In this document: one piece after another, positions 1 through 8,942 of the stretch | Numbering within the stretch: the stretch's first letter is position 1 | Layout of the letters: every line of letters starts with the position of its first letter | NCBI GenBank assembly: GCA_050701835.1 | Contig: JBOGDC010000003.1 | Coordinates: 28,085-92,084 of the forward strand | DNA length: 64,000 nt | DNA from: Mycobacterium sp. | Lineage (GTDB): Bacteria > Actinomycetota > Actinomycetes > Mycobacteriales > Mycobacteriaceae | Direction: 5' to 3' | Position numbers and translations under genes: made by a program | The notes under the pieces: model-generated | What the model was told of the DNA's origin: nothing | The model's database searches: none | What the model saw: the letters and a program-made list of their open reading frames with translations, nothing else

Positions 1-1168
1 CGGACGTCGTAGTGGCGTTCACAACATCGACGGTGCTGGTAGGAGCCACCGACGCGGAAGCGGGACCGGAGTCCTCCCCCGTAAATGCGGCAGTCACCTT
101 GGCCCGAATTGCGACCGGGTCGACGATATTTACGTCCATTCCGTTGACGGAGTCATATCGGACGACGGGCAACGTCTGGAAGTTCAGATTCCCGTCGGCA
201 ATCTGACCGAGACGCTGGAATTGCTTCTCGGTCCAGCCTTTCGACAGCACAACATCCTTGTGGACGACGTTCATCAGACCGTTCAGCTTGGTGATGTCGG
301 TGAAGCTCCCCCCATTGCGCAATTGCTGCATCACCGATATCAGGAACGCCTGCTGACGGTGGGTTCGGTCGAGGTCGCCATTCTCCAGACCGTGACGTTG
401 ACGCACGAACGCCAGTGCCTGTGAGGCGTTGAGGGTCTGTTCACCAGCCTGGAAGTTCGCGCCCGAATAGCTGTCGTAGACGGCCTCGTTCAGGCATACC
501 GTCACCCCGCCCAGCTCGGAGGCCAGATCGTAGAAGCCGACGAGATTAACCTCGGCGAAGTAATCGATGGGCTGACCGGTGAGCCGGTGGACGGCGTTGA
601 GGGTGGCACGGCGTCCGGCCTCGCGGCTCTGCTGCTCCAGGGTCGCCTGATCGGTGATGCCTTCGTTGACCAGCTTGTCCGCCTCGTTGGCCTTCGTCAG
701 GCCATACGCTTCCTTGATCTTGATGTGCTTGTAGCCGGGGATGCCCTCGGCCGGGACCCAGTCGTCACGCGGGATCGAGAATGCGGTGACCTTGTTGTCC
801 GCGCCCACGTGCACGAGTATCAGGGTGTTGGTGTTGTATCCGCCCGCATCCGAATCGCCCGCGTGCAGCTGATTCAGGACCGCCCTGGGCAGGTCGTTTC
901 CGTCCTGGTCCTTCCGAGAGTCCAGGCCGATCAACAGCATGTTCATCGAGCCGTCGTTGGACTTGCCGCCTTCGGCCTCTGCCCCTGAGGTGGGGACATG
1001 GCTGAACGCCTTGTAGAAGACCTGCCATCCTGCACCGGTTACCACCAGGCTGCCGCAGGCGAGCAGCGCGAAAATAACCCGCCCGGCCGCCGTTCTACTG
1101 ACTGACCAGCGGTTACTTGACTTCGGCAGTGCGTGTCTGGGCCGCGTACGACCGATGTCGCGGCTCAC
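1..1168 (-). CDS. LytR-CpsA-Psr (LCP) family cell-envelope phosphotransferase; 3' end runs off the window
   Basis: Not in the ORF track because it is cut by the window edge. Hand translation of the reverse strand gives VSRDIGRTRPRHALPKSSNRWSVSRTAAGRVIFALLACGSLVVTGAGW (TM anchor), then MNMLLIGLDSRKD, NTLILVHV, FSIPRDDWV, NLVGFYDLA and ALAFVRQRHGLENGDLDR, which are typical LCP motifs. The only in-frame start below the upstream stop (1172-1174) is GTG at 1166-1168. Confidence 0.8.
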   Translation of the reverse strand, partial: MSRDIGRTRPRHALPKSSNRWSVSRTAAGRVIFALLACGSLVVTGAGWQVFYKAFSHVPTSGAEAEGGKSNDGSMNMLLIGLDSRKDQDGNDLPRAVLNQLHAGDSDAGGYNTNTLILVHVGADNKVTAFSIPRDDWVPAEGIPGYKHIKIKEAYGLTKANEADKLVNEGITDQATLEQQSREAGRRATLNAVHRLTGQPIDYFAEVNLVGFYDLASELGGVTVCLNEAVYDSYSGANFQAGEQTLNASQALAFVRQRHGLENGDLDRTHRQQAFLISVMQQLRNGGSFTDITKLNGLMNVVHKDVVLSKGWTEKQFQRLGQIADGNLNFQTLPVVRYDSVNGMDVNIVDPVAIRAKVTAAFTGEDSGPASASVAPTSTVDVVNATTTS

Positions 1169-1211
1169 CCGTCACCACCAATACAAGGCAGCAACGTGCA
1201 CACACTAGATG

Positions 1212-2156
1212 TCATCCCCTGCCGAATCTCTCGCGCAATTGTGGATCATTGTCCCACCACAATGACGGCGTTGCCACGTGGTCGTCATCCCCCTGTGGAT
1301 ACTGCTGCTGTTCTGCTATCTGATCGAGACGATCCAGCTCTGAATCGACCAGCTCAGCCTGCGTTTTCTCGTCGACCGAGAAGGCACGCATGAGCAAGAT
1401 CAGGAACGGAACCGAAAGCACATCTCCCATGATCCACAAGATTCCGGCGCCAAACGACTGGTCGTCACGCACACTGGGTCCCCAGCCGGTGCGTGCATTC
1501 AGGTAGAAATCCGCACAAATCAGCGAGCCCTGCCACAACACGAGACCGAGAACCCCGTCTCCCAACGTCTCGGCGATGCTGATGACCATCGACACCATCT
1601 GGGAGTACCGATGCGGAACCGGATCGGTCTGCAGGCGCGCATAGAAGTATCCAAATCCGATCAGCACCAGCAATATTCGCGTGAGAGCGGCGACGGACGG
1701 CTGTTCGAGAGTGGCGCGATACCAAGGCGTCAGGTACAGCAGCCATGGCGTGGCGAGCATCCCCACCGAGGTGGTGAACGGGTGTACGAAAACCCGCGCC
1801 GCCGCGGACCGCAGGACGAGATCGATCCGCTCCTGCCAGACAGGCGAAACTGCGGCGCGAATCACAGTGACCGGGCGTCCCAACGCCAACAGAAACGGGA
1901 CCACGAAGATCAGCAGCAGGACCTGCAGCGCTCGTACCCAGAACAAGACCTGGGCGTACACGCCCACCGCGCTCATTGTGGCCAGCAGCCATACCAGCAG
2001 TCCAGCACCGAAGACCATGAGAAGGCGGCGTTCGCGCGCCGAATTTCGTCGGTAACACCAGTAATACCCGGCCCCCAGCCCCACAACGAGCAGTGCGGAC
2101 CAGGTATCGAAGGCCCACGCACCGATTGCGGATGCGGGAGTCAGAGGAGCCAGCAC
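1212..2156 (-). CDS. Polytopic membrane protein, tentatively cytochrome c oxidase assembly factor CtaG-like
   Basis: 314-aa ORF with multiple hydrophobic helices and a hydrophilic acidic C-terminal tail. The family assignment comes from overall resemblance only. Confidence 0.6.
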   Translation of the reverse strand: MLAPLTPASAIGAWAFDTWSALLVVGLGAGYYWCYRRNSARERRLLMVFGAGLLVWLLATMSAVGVYAQVLFWVRALQVLLLIFVVPFLLALGRPVTVIRAAVSPVWQERIDLVLRSAAARVFVHPFTTSVGMLATPWLLYLTPWYRATLEQPSVAALTRILLVLIGFGYFYARLQTDPVPHRYSQMVSMVISIAETLGDGVLGLVLWQGSLICADFYLNARTGWGPSVRDDQSFGAGILWIMGDVLSVPFLILLMRAFSVDEKTQAELVDSELDRLDQIAEQQQYPQGDDDHVATPSLWWDNDPQLRERFGRG

Positions 2157-2215
2157 ACCCCTGAGTATGGGGGCTGGATTCCCTCCTCAACCTGGGCGTT
2201 TACTGTGAATTCCGA

Positions 2216-2839
2216 CTACTCGCCGATATCGCCGACGTGGCCGTGCAGCTCCACGCGTCCGTCCGCGAGCTTGTACGTCAGGTACACGATGGCCAACTTC
2301 TTGGCACGGACCGCTTCGGCGACCACTTGAGAGCGCTGCAGCAGCTTGGTGCCGGTCTCCTGCACGTGGCGGGCCTCGAACTCGTCGACCCGGGTCAGCC
2401 CGTCCTTACGGCCGCTCAGGATGGACGGGATCACCCGCACGACCAAGTCGCGGATGTACCCGCCCGGTACCTCACCGGTGTCGAGAGCTTCCAATGTGGC
2501 GGCGACAGCACCACACGAGTCATGCCCGAGGATGGCGATCAGCGGTACCCCGAGAACGGAGACCCCGTACTCAATGGAACCGAGCACGGCGGAGTCGATT
2601 ACCTGGCCCGCGGTGCGGACGATGAACATGTCGCCCAGACCCTGGTCGAAGATGATTTCAGCGGCGACCCGACTGTCCGAACATCCGAACAGCATCACCT
2701 GGGGGTTCTGGCCGGAGGCGAGTTCCGCGCGACGGGCAATGCTCTGGCTCGGATGCTGGGGGTATCCACCGACAAAACGCTGGTTACCCTCTTTGAGTGC
2801 CTTCCAGGCGGACTTCGGATCAGATGCCATGCCCGCCAT
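2216..2839 (-). CDS. canB: Beta-class carbonic anhydrase
   Basis: AWKALKEGNQRFVGG...HPSQS, GCSDSRVAAEIIFDQGLGDMF and GHDSCGAV motifs, near-collinear with M. tuberculosis CanB as I recall it. The track ORF extends to 2914; the likely start is MAGMAS (2839) or MAS (2830). Confidence 0.85.
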   Translation of the reverse strand: MAGMASDPKSAWKALKEGNQRFVGGYPQHPSQSIARRAELASGQNPQVMLFGCSDSRVAAEIIFDQGLGDMFIVRTAGQVIDSAVLGSIEYGVSVLGVPLIAILGHDSCGAVAATLEALDTGEVPGGYIRDLVVRVIPSILSGRKDGLTRVDEFEARHVQETGTKLLQRSQVVAEAVRAKKLAIVYLTYKLADGRVELHGHVGDIGE

Positions 2840-3696
2840 TGTGCCCTGACGAGCTTTTGGACTGGTTCGACACCGCCGAGCGGGACTTGCCGTGGCGCCG
2901 TCCAGAGGCAACACCGTGGCACATTCTCATCAGCGAGGTGATGCTCCAACAAACGCCGGTGTCCCGAGTGGAGCCGGTGTGGCGGGAATGGGTGGCACGC
3001 TGGCCGGTTCCGTCGGCGATGGCGAAATCATCTGTGGCCGAAGTCTTACGCGCATGGGGAAAGCTCGGCTATCCCCGCCGGGCCATGCGGTTGCATGAAT
3101 GCGCGACGTTGCTGGCGCGCGATTATCACGACCAGGTGCCCGACGACGTGGAGACGCTACTGACGCTTCCGGGAGTGGGCGCGTATACAGCCCGCGCCAT
3201 CGCCTGCTTCGGATATGGACAGCGAGTTCCGGTGGTGGACACCAATGTTCGCCGGGTAATCGCGCGTGCCGTGCGCGGTATCGCCGACTCCGCACCATCG
3301 GCCCGGGACCTTCGCGATGCCGAGGCGCTACTACCCGCCGAGAACGGCGCACGGTTCTCGGCGGCACTCATGGAGCTGGGCGCCCTGGTGTGCACCGCAC
3401 GCGCGCCCCAGTGTCCGATATGTCCACTGAGCTCATGTGACTGGCATGAAACCGGACATCCCCCATTGGACACGCCGGCGCGCCCGGCGCAGAAGTACGC
3501 CGGTACGGATCGTCAGGTACGCGGACGGCTGCTGGATGTGCTGCGCGGCAGCAATATTCCGGTGGATCGCGCACAGCTCGACGTGGTGTGGCTCTCCGAT
3601 GTCGCGCAACGTGATCGTGCGTTGGACTCGCTGCTCGTTGACGGGTTGGTGGAGCAGACTACGGATGGTCGCTTCGCGCTTGCCGGCGAGGGCTAG
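2797..3696 (+). CDS. mutY: A/G-specific adenine DNA glycosylase
   Basis: LLDWFDTAERDLPWRR, HhH-GPD region LPGVGAYTARAI, and Fe-S cluster cysteines CTARAPQCPICPLSSC. The start may be the second ATG at 2824. Confidence 0.9.
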   Translation: MPSRRTSDQMPCPPLCPDELLDWFDTAERDLPWRRPEATPWHILISEVMLQQTPVSRVEPVWREWVARWPVPSAMAKSSVAEVLRAWGKLGYPRRAMRLHECATLLARDYHDQVPDDVETLLTLPGVGAYTARAIACFGYGQRVPVVDTNVRRVIARAVRGIADSAPSARDLRDAEALLPAENGARFSAALMELGALVCTARAPQCPICPLSSCDWHETGHPPLDTPARPAQKYAGTDRQVRGRLLDVLRGSNIPVDRAQLDVVWLSDVAQRDRALDSLLVDGLVEQTTDGRFALAGEG

Positions 3697-4649
3697 CCGG
3701 CAGCCACCGCGAAGGTCCTGCGGTAATCGGTGGGGGTGATGCCGACGCCGCGCCGGAAGTGGTGGCGCAATAGGATCGCGGTACCGAACCCGCTGCGTGC
3801 CGCGACCGTATCGATATCCAGGTCTGTCTCCTCCAGCAGGCGCCTCGCCAGTAGCACCCGCTGATCGATAATCCAGCGCATGGGTGTCACACCGGTTTGG
3901 TCGGCGAACTTGCGGGCGAACGTACGCGTCGACATGTGTGCGCGCGCGGCAAGATCCGCGACCGTGTGCGTTTGGTCGACGTTCTCGATCAGCCAGTCGA
4001 ACAGTCCACCAAAGCCGTTGGTAGCCATGTCGGGAACAGGGTGCGGGATGAATTGGCGCTGGCCACCCGAACGCTGCGGCGGCACCACCATGCGTCGCGC
4101 TATCCGGTTGGTGATCTCGCTGCCCAGCTCGCGGCGCACCAAATGCAGGCAAGCGTCGATTCCCGCAGCCGTCCCGGCACTGGTGATGAGGTCCCCGTCG
4201 TCGACAAACAGCACGTCTCGGTCCACCGACGCGGTCGGATACCGGCGGGCCAGCTCATCGGTGTACATCCAGTGTGTTGTGCAGCGACGCCCGTCCAGCA
4301 GGCCTGCCGCGCCCGCGATGAAGACGCCCGAGCAGACGGTGAGAATGGTGGCCCCGCGATCGGCCGCCGCACGTAGCGCCTCAAGAGCCTCTGCTGGATA
4401 CCCCTCGGTGTGGGGGCGGGCGGGTACCGCGACCAGGTCGGCATCGGCCAGTCCTTCGAGCCCGCGGTCCGGGATGATCGATGCCCCCACCGTGGTGCGC
4501 AGCGGCGCGCCCGCTTCGACCCCGCAGACCCGAAAGTCGAAATTCGGCACGCCGTCCCGGGTGCGGTCGATACCGAAGACCTCGCAGATGACCCCGAATT
4601 CGAAAACGGCCACCCGATCGAGAACCAGGGCGGCCACCGAATGCAACAT
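3693..4649 (-). CDS. GlxA-family transcriptional regulator (DJ-1/PfpI domain plus AraC-type HTH)
   Basis: N-terminal DJ-1/PfpI-like region (ILTVCSGVFIAGAAGLLDGRR) and C-terminal AraC HTH (HMSTRTFARKFADQTGVTPMRWI...SGFGTAILLRHHFRR). Confidence 0.85.
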   Translation of the reverse strand: MLHSVAALVLDRVAVFEFGVICEVFGIDRTRDGVPNFDFRVCGVEAGAPLRTTVGASIIPDRGLEGLADADLVAVPARPHTEGYPAEALEALRAAADRGATILTVCSGVFIAGAAGLLDGRRCTTHWMYTDELARRYPTASVDRDVLFVDDGDLITSAGTAAGIDACLHLVRRELGSEITNRIARRMVVPPQRSGGQRQFIPHPVPDMATNGFGGLFDWLIENVDQTHTVADLAARAHMSTRTFARKFADQTGVTPMRWIIDQRVLLARRLLEETDLDIDTVAARSGFGTAILLRHHFRRGVGITPTDYRRTFAVAAG

Positions 4650-4720
4650 GGCTGAATATTATCGAAGAACGTCAATTCCGCCACTGTTGGCGCGATATTA
4701 GTCAGAACACAATTATTGCC

Positions 4721-4924
4721 ATGACCATGTTCGCCGCCATCCTCGTCCTGCTATCCCCTTTCGCCCTGGCGGTCACGCTGAGCTGGATCGCGCGTCGGCA
4801 CGAGACGTTCCGAATCCGCCTCGACCAGTTCCGAGTCGCCGCGCCGCTGGGCGGCACCTTCGCCGACGATCGGGACCTCGAACGGCAGCTGCATGAGATG
4901 GAAGTCATCCGCTCCCGGCGCTAG
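4721..4924 (+). CDS. Small hypothetical membrane-anchored protein (67 aa)
   Basis: N-terminal hydrophobic helix and strong G/C third-position bias. It fills an otherwise empty gap. I recognise no homology. Confidence 0.4.
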   Translation: MTMFAAILVLLSPFALAVTLSWIARRHETFRIRLDQFRVAAPLGGTFADDRDLERQLHEMEVIRSRR

Positions 4925-4932
4925 CCGGGCAA

Positions 4933-6360
4933 CTACCGCCGCGGACGTGACCCCGGTTCCTGAACTGGGCTGCTCTGCGGCGCGGGCGGCAGCACAGGGG
5001 CAGGCAGAGTGTCCGTGCGATCGGCCGCCGCGACTAGCGGCGCGGTATTCGGTAACGCGGGTGCCGACTGCGAGGGACCGTCGAAACCAAAGGCCGAGAG
5101 CATGTTTCCGAAGGTCTTGCGCCGCCACGTCGAGACGTTCGGCTCGCGCACACCGGTGAACTCTTCGAGAAACCGCAACACCGAGGTGTGGTCGAAGGCC
5201 TCACTGGCCACCCACCCGCCGACCGACCACGGCGAAATCACGATGGCCGGGACCCGGAATCCACCGCCGATCGGCGCACCCTTGACCCACTCCCCTGCGG
5301 TGCCCGGCGGCGGAGTCGGCGGCACCACATGATCGAACAACCCGTCATTCTCGTCGTAGTTGAGGATGAACACCGTCTTGGCCCACAACTCGGGGTTGGC
5401 CGCGATCGCATCGATCTTGCCGGCGATATACGCCGCGCCATCTGCCGGCCGATACGCGGGATGCTCGCTGGCAGTACTGGTCATGACCAGCCAAGACACC
5501 GCCGGCAACCTGCCGGCCCGCGCGTCTTCCTCGAACCGTGTCGCGCTCACGGGCGCTATTCCTTTGTCATACAAGGGCTCTCCAGGCCCGCTCTGCTGAA
5601 AACGGCTAAACAGCTTCAACACATTGCAGCCGCCGAAGTCGTCCTCCTCGGCGTATACCCGCCAGCTCACCCCCGCGGCCTCAAGGCGCTCGGCATAAGT
5701 GGTCCAGCGGTACCCGCCCGGCACTGGAGTGTTCCAGGTGATGGGGCCGCCGTTCGCGGCGTCGGGATCGATGGTTCCGGTCATCCACATCATCCGGTTG
5801 GGCCAGGTCGGACCCATCACCGAGGAGTGGAAGTTATCGCACACCGTGAACGCCTCAGCGAGGGCGAAGTGGAATGGGATGTCGGCGCGCTCGTAGTACC
5901 CCATCACGTACGGATAGTGCTCGCCGTCCACCCTGCGGTGCGCGGCCATCCAGTTGTCCATCTTCCCGTGGTTCCACGAGTCGTGCTGCACCGACCATGC
6001 GTGACTCGTGGTCGGGATCTTCTGCACGCTACTCACCGCTGTATCCAAATGGAATGGCAGCAGATAGCCGTCAGGATTCTGCGGATCAGGCTGGTGGAAG
6101 ACGGATTTCCCGGTGGAGAGAGTCGCCGCCGCCGGATCGTTGAAGCCGCGGACACCCGACATCGTGCCGAAATAATGATCGAAGGACCGGTTCTCCATCA
6201 TGAGTACGACAACGTGCTCCACATCTTTGAGCGATGCCGATTTCGGTGACGGCTGAGCGAGGACCCGTTGGATGTTCGACGGCATGAGCGAGGCGGCGGC
6301 GGTGAAGGCAGCGGCACCTGCGGCCGAGGTAAGCAGGCGTCGACGCGTCAGCGGACTCAT
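4933..6360 (-). CDS. Tat-exported phosphoesterase family protein (phospholipase C / acid phosphatase AcpA-like)
   Basis: Twin-arginine leader MSPLTRRRLLTSAAGAAAFTAAAS, followed by the phosphoesterase signature VVVLMMENRSFDHYFG and a TSHAW region. Confidence 0.85.
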   Translation of the reverse strand: MSPLTRRRLLTSAAGAAAFTAAASLMPSNIQRVLAQPSPKSASLKDVEHVVVLMMENRSFDHYFGTMSGVRGFNDPAAATLSTGKSVFHQPDPQNPDGYLLPFHLDTAVSSVQKIPTTSHAWSVQHDSWNHGKMDNWMAAHRRVDGEHYPYVMGYYERADIPFHFALAEAFTVCDNFHSSVMGPTWPNRMMWMTGTIDPDAANGGPITWNTPVPGGYRWTTYAERLEAAGVSWRVYAEEDDFGGCNVLKLFSRFQQSGPGEPLYDKGIAPVSATRFEEDARAGRLPAVSWLVMTSTASEHPAYRPADGAAYIAGKIDAIAANPELWAKTVFILNYDENDGLFDHVVPPTPPPGTAGEWVKGAPIGGGFRVPAIVISPWSVGGWVASEAFDHTSVLRFLEEFTGVREPNVSTWRRKTFGNMLSAFGFDGPSQSAPALPNTAPLVAAADRTDTLPAPVLPPAPQSSPVQEPGSRPRR

Positions 6361-6364
6361 GACG

Positions 6365-7171
6365 TCAGGCTACGACCGACGACCCCGGCGAGGTCGCTGC
6401 CGCGAGGAAGTCGGAGACAGCGGTCCGGTAAAGGTTCGGCGAATCGTCGTGCATCAAATGACCCGATCCGGCGATCTTGAAATATGTTGTTCGCCTACCT
6501 ATTTCGGCCATATTCTGCATTTGTCCTGCCGGGGTTACGGTGTCGTTGGCCTCCAGCAGAAGCGCCGGGCAGCGCACCGTCCGCCACTCATCCCAAAAGT
6601 CGCGGGTTCCCCATTCCGCCGCAGTGGAAATCCACTTGTCAATCGGTCCATGCAGCCGCCAGCCATCCTCGGCGTGATCGAACGCCTCCCGAAAGTACTG
6701 GCCCGCAATCTTTCCGAATCGCGAAGTGAACTCGTCGACCGAGGTGAACACCTCTGGCCACGAGTACAACCAGGGCTCCCAGGGGCCCGTCGTCCCGCCC
6801 ACGAAATCGGGCGCCATATCCTCCACCACCAGGCCGGATACCAGCTCCGGCCGCTGCGCAGCCAGGCACCAGGAATGCAACCCACCCATGGAGTGCCCAA
6901 TCAGCACCACCGGAGCGCCCACTGACTGCACCGATTCGGCCAACGCATCGACATAACGCTCCGTCGAAACAGGTTGTGAATCAAGGACATCGCGGCCGCG
7001 ATGCCATGGCGCATCGTAGGTGTGGACACGACCGAAGTCGCGCAGCCACGGCACCTGCCGCGACCAGGTGCTACCCCTGCCCATGAGCCCGTGCACCAGC
7101 ACCAGCGCGGGGCCGTCGGTACGCCCGCCGTGATCGGTGATGTGGTCCCCGTGCATGCCCCTCATCATCAC
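6365..7171 (-). CDS. Alpha/beta-fold hydrolase
   Basis: HGLMGRG oxyanion region, nucleophile elbow GHSMGG, and C-terminal GHLMHDD. Its position matches the Rv3591c-like hydrolase next to mhuD. Confidence 0.8.
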   Translation of the reverse strand: MMMRGMHGDHITDHGGRTDGPALVLVHGLMGRGSTWSRQVPWLRDFGRVHTYDAPWHRGRDVLDSQPVSTERYVDALAESVQSVGAPVVLIGHSMGGLHSWCLAAQRPELVSGLVVEDMAPDFVGGTTGPWEPWLYSWPEVFTSVDEFTSRFGKIAGQYFREAFDHAEDGWRLHGPIDKWISTAAEWGTRDFWDEWRTVRCPALLLEANDTVTPAGQMQNMAEIGRRTTYFKIAGSGHLMHDDSPNLYRTAVSDFLAAATSPGSSVVA

Positions 7172-7209
7172 CCCTCATCATGCGGGAGCCCGCACGGTAG
7201 CCTGAACCC

Positions 7210-7527
7210 ATGTCCGTGGTGAAGATCAACGCAATCGAGATCCCCGAAGGTGCGGGTCCTGAGCTGGAGAAGCGGTTCGCTCACCGGGCCGGTGCTGTGG
7301 AGAACCAGCCAGGATTCCTGGGCTTTCAGCTGCTGCGCCCCGTCAAGGGTGAGGATCGCTACTTCGTGGTCACCCAGTGGGAATCCGAGGAGGCCTTCCA
7401 GGCTTGGGCCACCGGTCCGGCAGTCGAGGCACACGCCGGCCAGCAGGCCAAGCCCGTCGCTAAGGGCGCGCATCTGCTGGAGTTCGAGGTGGTGCTCGAT
7501 GTGACCGGGGCTGCTCCCAAGGCGTGA
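7210..7527 (+). CDS. mhuD: Heme-degrading monooxygenase (ABM/IsdG family)
   Basis: 105 aa. MSVVKINAIEIPEGAGPELEKRFAHRAGAVENQPGFLGFQLLRPVKGEDRYFVVTQWESEEAFQAW is nearly collinear with M. tuberculosis MhuD as I recall it. Confidence 0.9.
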   Translation: MSVVKINAIEIPEGAGPELEKRFAHRAGAVENQPGFLGFQLLRPVKGEDRYFVVTQWESEEAFQAWATGPAVEAHAGQQAKPVAKGAHLLEFEVVLDVTGAAPKA

Positions 7528-8864
7528 ACAGGGGCTCGCTGGGCGCGCGCGTGACGCGCGCCGTTTCGGTGTGCACGGTGGCCGCGTTGGCCGTGTCGGT
7601 CGGCAGCACAGCGGGGTGCGGCATCAAGCTGCGGCAGGTGCCGCATGGTGACGTGGACACCAGCACACCTCCAGGCCTGCGATCGCAGCAGTTGATCGAC
7701 ATGCTGAATTCGAATTGGCCGATCGGCAAGCAGGGCGTGGCGACGATGGCGGCGGCCAACAAGGTCGACGACTACACCGAGATCATGACCAAGCTGTGGG
7801 TCGACCGGCCGTACAAGGTCAGCTCCGTCGATCTCGCCGCGAGCAGCTCCACCGTCCACCTGATTGCGCCGTATGGCGCCAACGTGGACATCGGACTGCG
7901 GACCAACGACAAGGGGGATGTCGACAGGCTGGTTCCGTATCAGCAGCCTCCCAATATCGCCGCGTGGTCGGATGTCGATACCGCCCTGTCGGCATCTGGT
8001 GGCCGCTACTCCTACCGGGCCTCAAAGGTCGTCAACGGACAGTGCGAGCAGGTTGCCGGGACCAACACGTCCGAATCCATGCCGCTTGCTTCGGTTTTCA
8101 AGCTGTACGTGCTGTTGGCGACCGGCACCGCCATCAACGCCGGCACCCTCAAGTGGGATGACCAGCTCACCGTCACCGATCGGGGCAAGGCGCTCGGAAG
8201 CTCGATGGACAAGTTGCCGACGGGCTCGACGGTGTCGGTGCGTACCGCGGTCCAGAAGATGATCTCGGTAAGCGACAACATGGGCACCGACATGTTGATC
8301 AACCGCCTCGGCCGACACGCAATCGAAAAGGCGCTGGCCGACGGGGGCCATCACGACCCCGCGTCGATGACTCCCTTCCCCACCATGCACGAGCTGTTCA
8401 CCATCGGCTGGGGCATGCCCGATGCCCGCCAGCAATGGAAGAACACCACCACAGCCGCGCAGCGGGGCCAGATGCTTGCCGATGCCGACACCCGCGAATA
8501 CAACCTCGATCCGGACCGGACTACCACTCCGGCTTCGAAGTTCGGCGTCGAGTGGTACGGCAGCGCCGAGGACATCTGCCGGGTTCACGTGGCGCTACAG
8601 AAGGTCGCCGTCGGCCCCGCAACACCGATTCGCGACATCCTGTCGGCAACACCTGGTATCGATCTGCACAGCGAAAACTGGCGCTACATCGCCGCCAAGG
8701 GCGGCAACCTACCCGGTGACCTGAGCTTCAGCTGGTACGCCGAGGACCGCAACCGCCAGCCGTATGTGGTGAGCTTCCAAATGAATTGGGACCGTGCCTT
8801 CGGCCCCGGCGCGGCAGGCTGGGTCATCGGCCTGGCCCAGGGTGTCTTCAAGAAACTCGGCTGA
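7524..8864 (+). CDS. lpqF: Lipoprotein LpqF-like serine hydrolase (class A beta-lactamase-related fold)
   Basis: Lipobox STAGC, an SxxK motif (SVFK) and an SDN motif (SVSDN). The GTG start overlaps the mhuD stop (GTGA). Confidence 0.8.
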   Translation: MNRGSLGARVTRAVSVCTVAALAVSVGSTAGCGIKLRQVPHGDVDTSTPPGLRSQQLIDMLNSNWPIGKQGVATMAAANKVDDYTEIMTKLWVDRPYKVSSVDLAASSSTVHLIAPYGANVDIGLRTNDKGDVDRLVPYQQPPNIAAWSDVDTALSASGGRYSYRASKVVNGQCEQVAGTNTSESMPLASVFKLYVLLATGTAINAGTLKWDDQLTVTDRGKALGSSMDKLPTGSTVSVRTAVQKMISVSDNMGTDMLINRLGRHAIEKALADGGHHDPASMTPFPTMHELFTIGWGMPDARQQWKNTTTAAQRGQMLADADTREYNLDPDRTTTPASKFGVEWYGSAEDICRVHVALQKVAVGPATPIRDILSATPGIDLHSENWRYIAAKGGNLPGDLSFSWYAEDRNRQPYVVSFQMNWDRAFGPGAAGWVIGLAQGVFKKLG

Positions 8865-8879
8865 CAACAGGCCATCGGC

Positions 8880-8931
8880 CGTCGAGTGCGAGCCTGATGC
8901 GGAAATAGGGCCGCCACACTCGCACTCGACG
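8880..8931. terminator. Hairpin between the convergent genes lpqF and cbtA (possible bidirectional terminator)
   Basis: Perfect 13-bp inverted repeat CGTCGAGTGCGAG ... CTCGCACTCGACG (8880-8892 and 8919-8931) with a 26-nt loop. No clear U-tract. Confidence 0.45.
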
Positions 8932-8942
8932 AAAGTTCGTCC

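Noticed and set aside
5188-6249. 353-aa forward-strand ORF
   Set aside because: It is antisense to the phosphoesterase gene, which carries a clear Tat leader and family motif. The composition is Arg/His/Gly/Pro-rich and matches no family I recognise.
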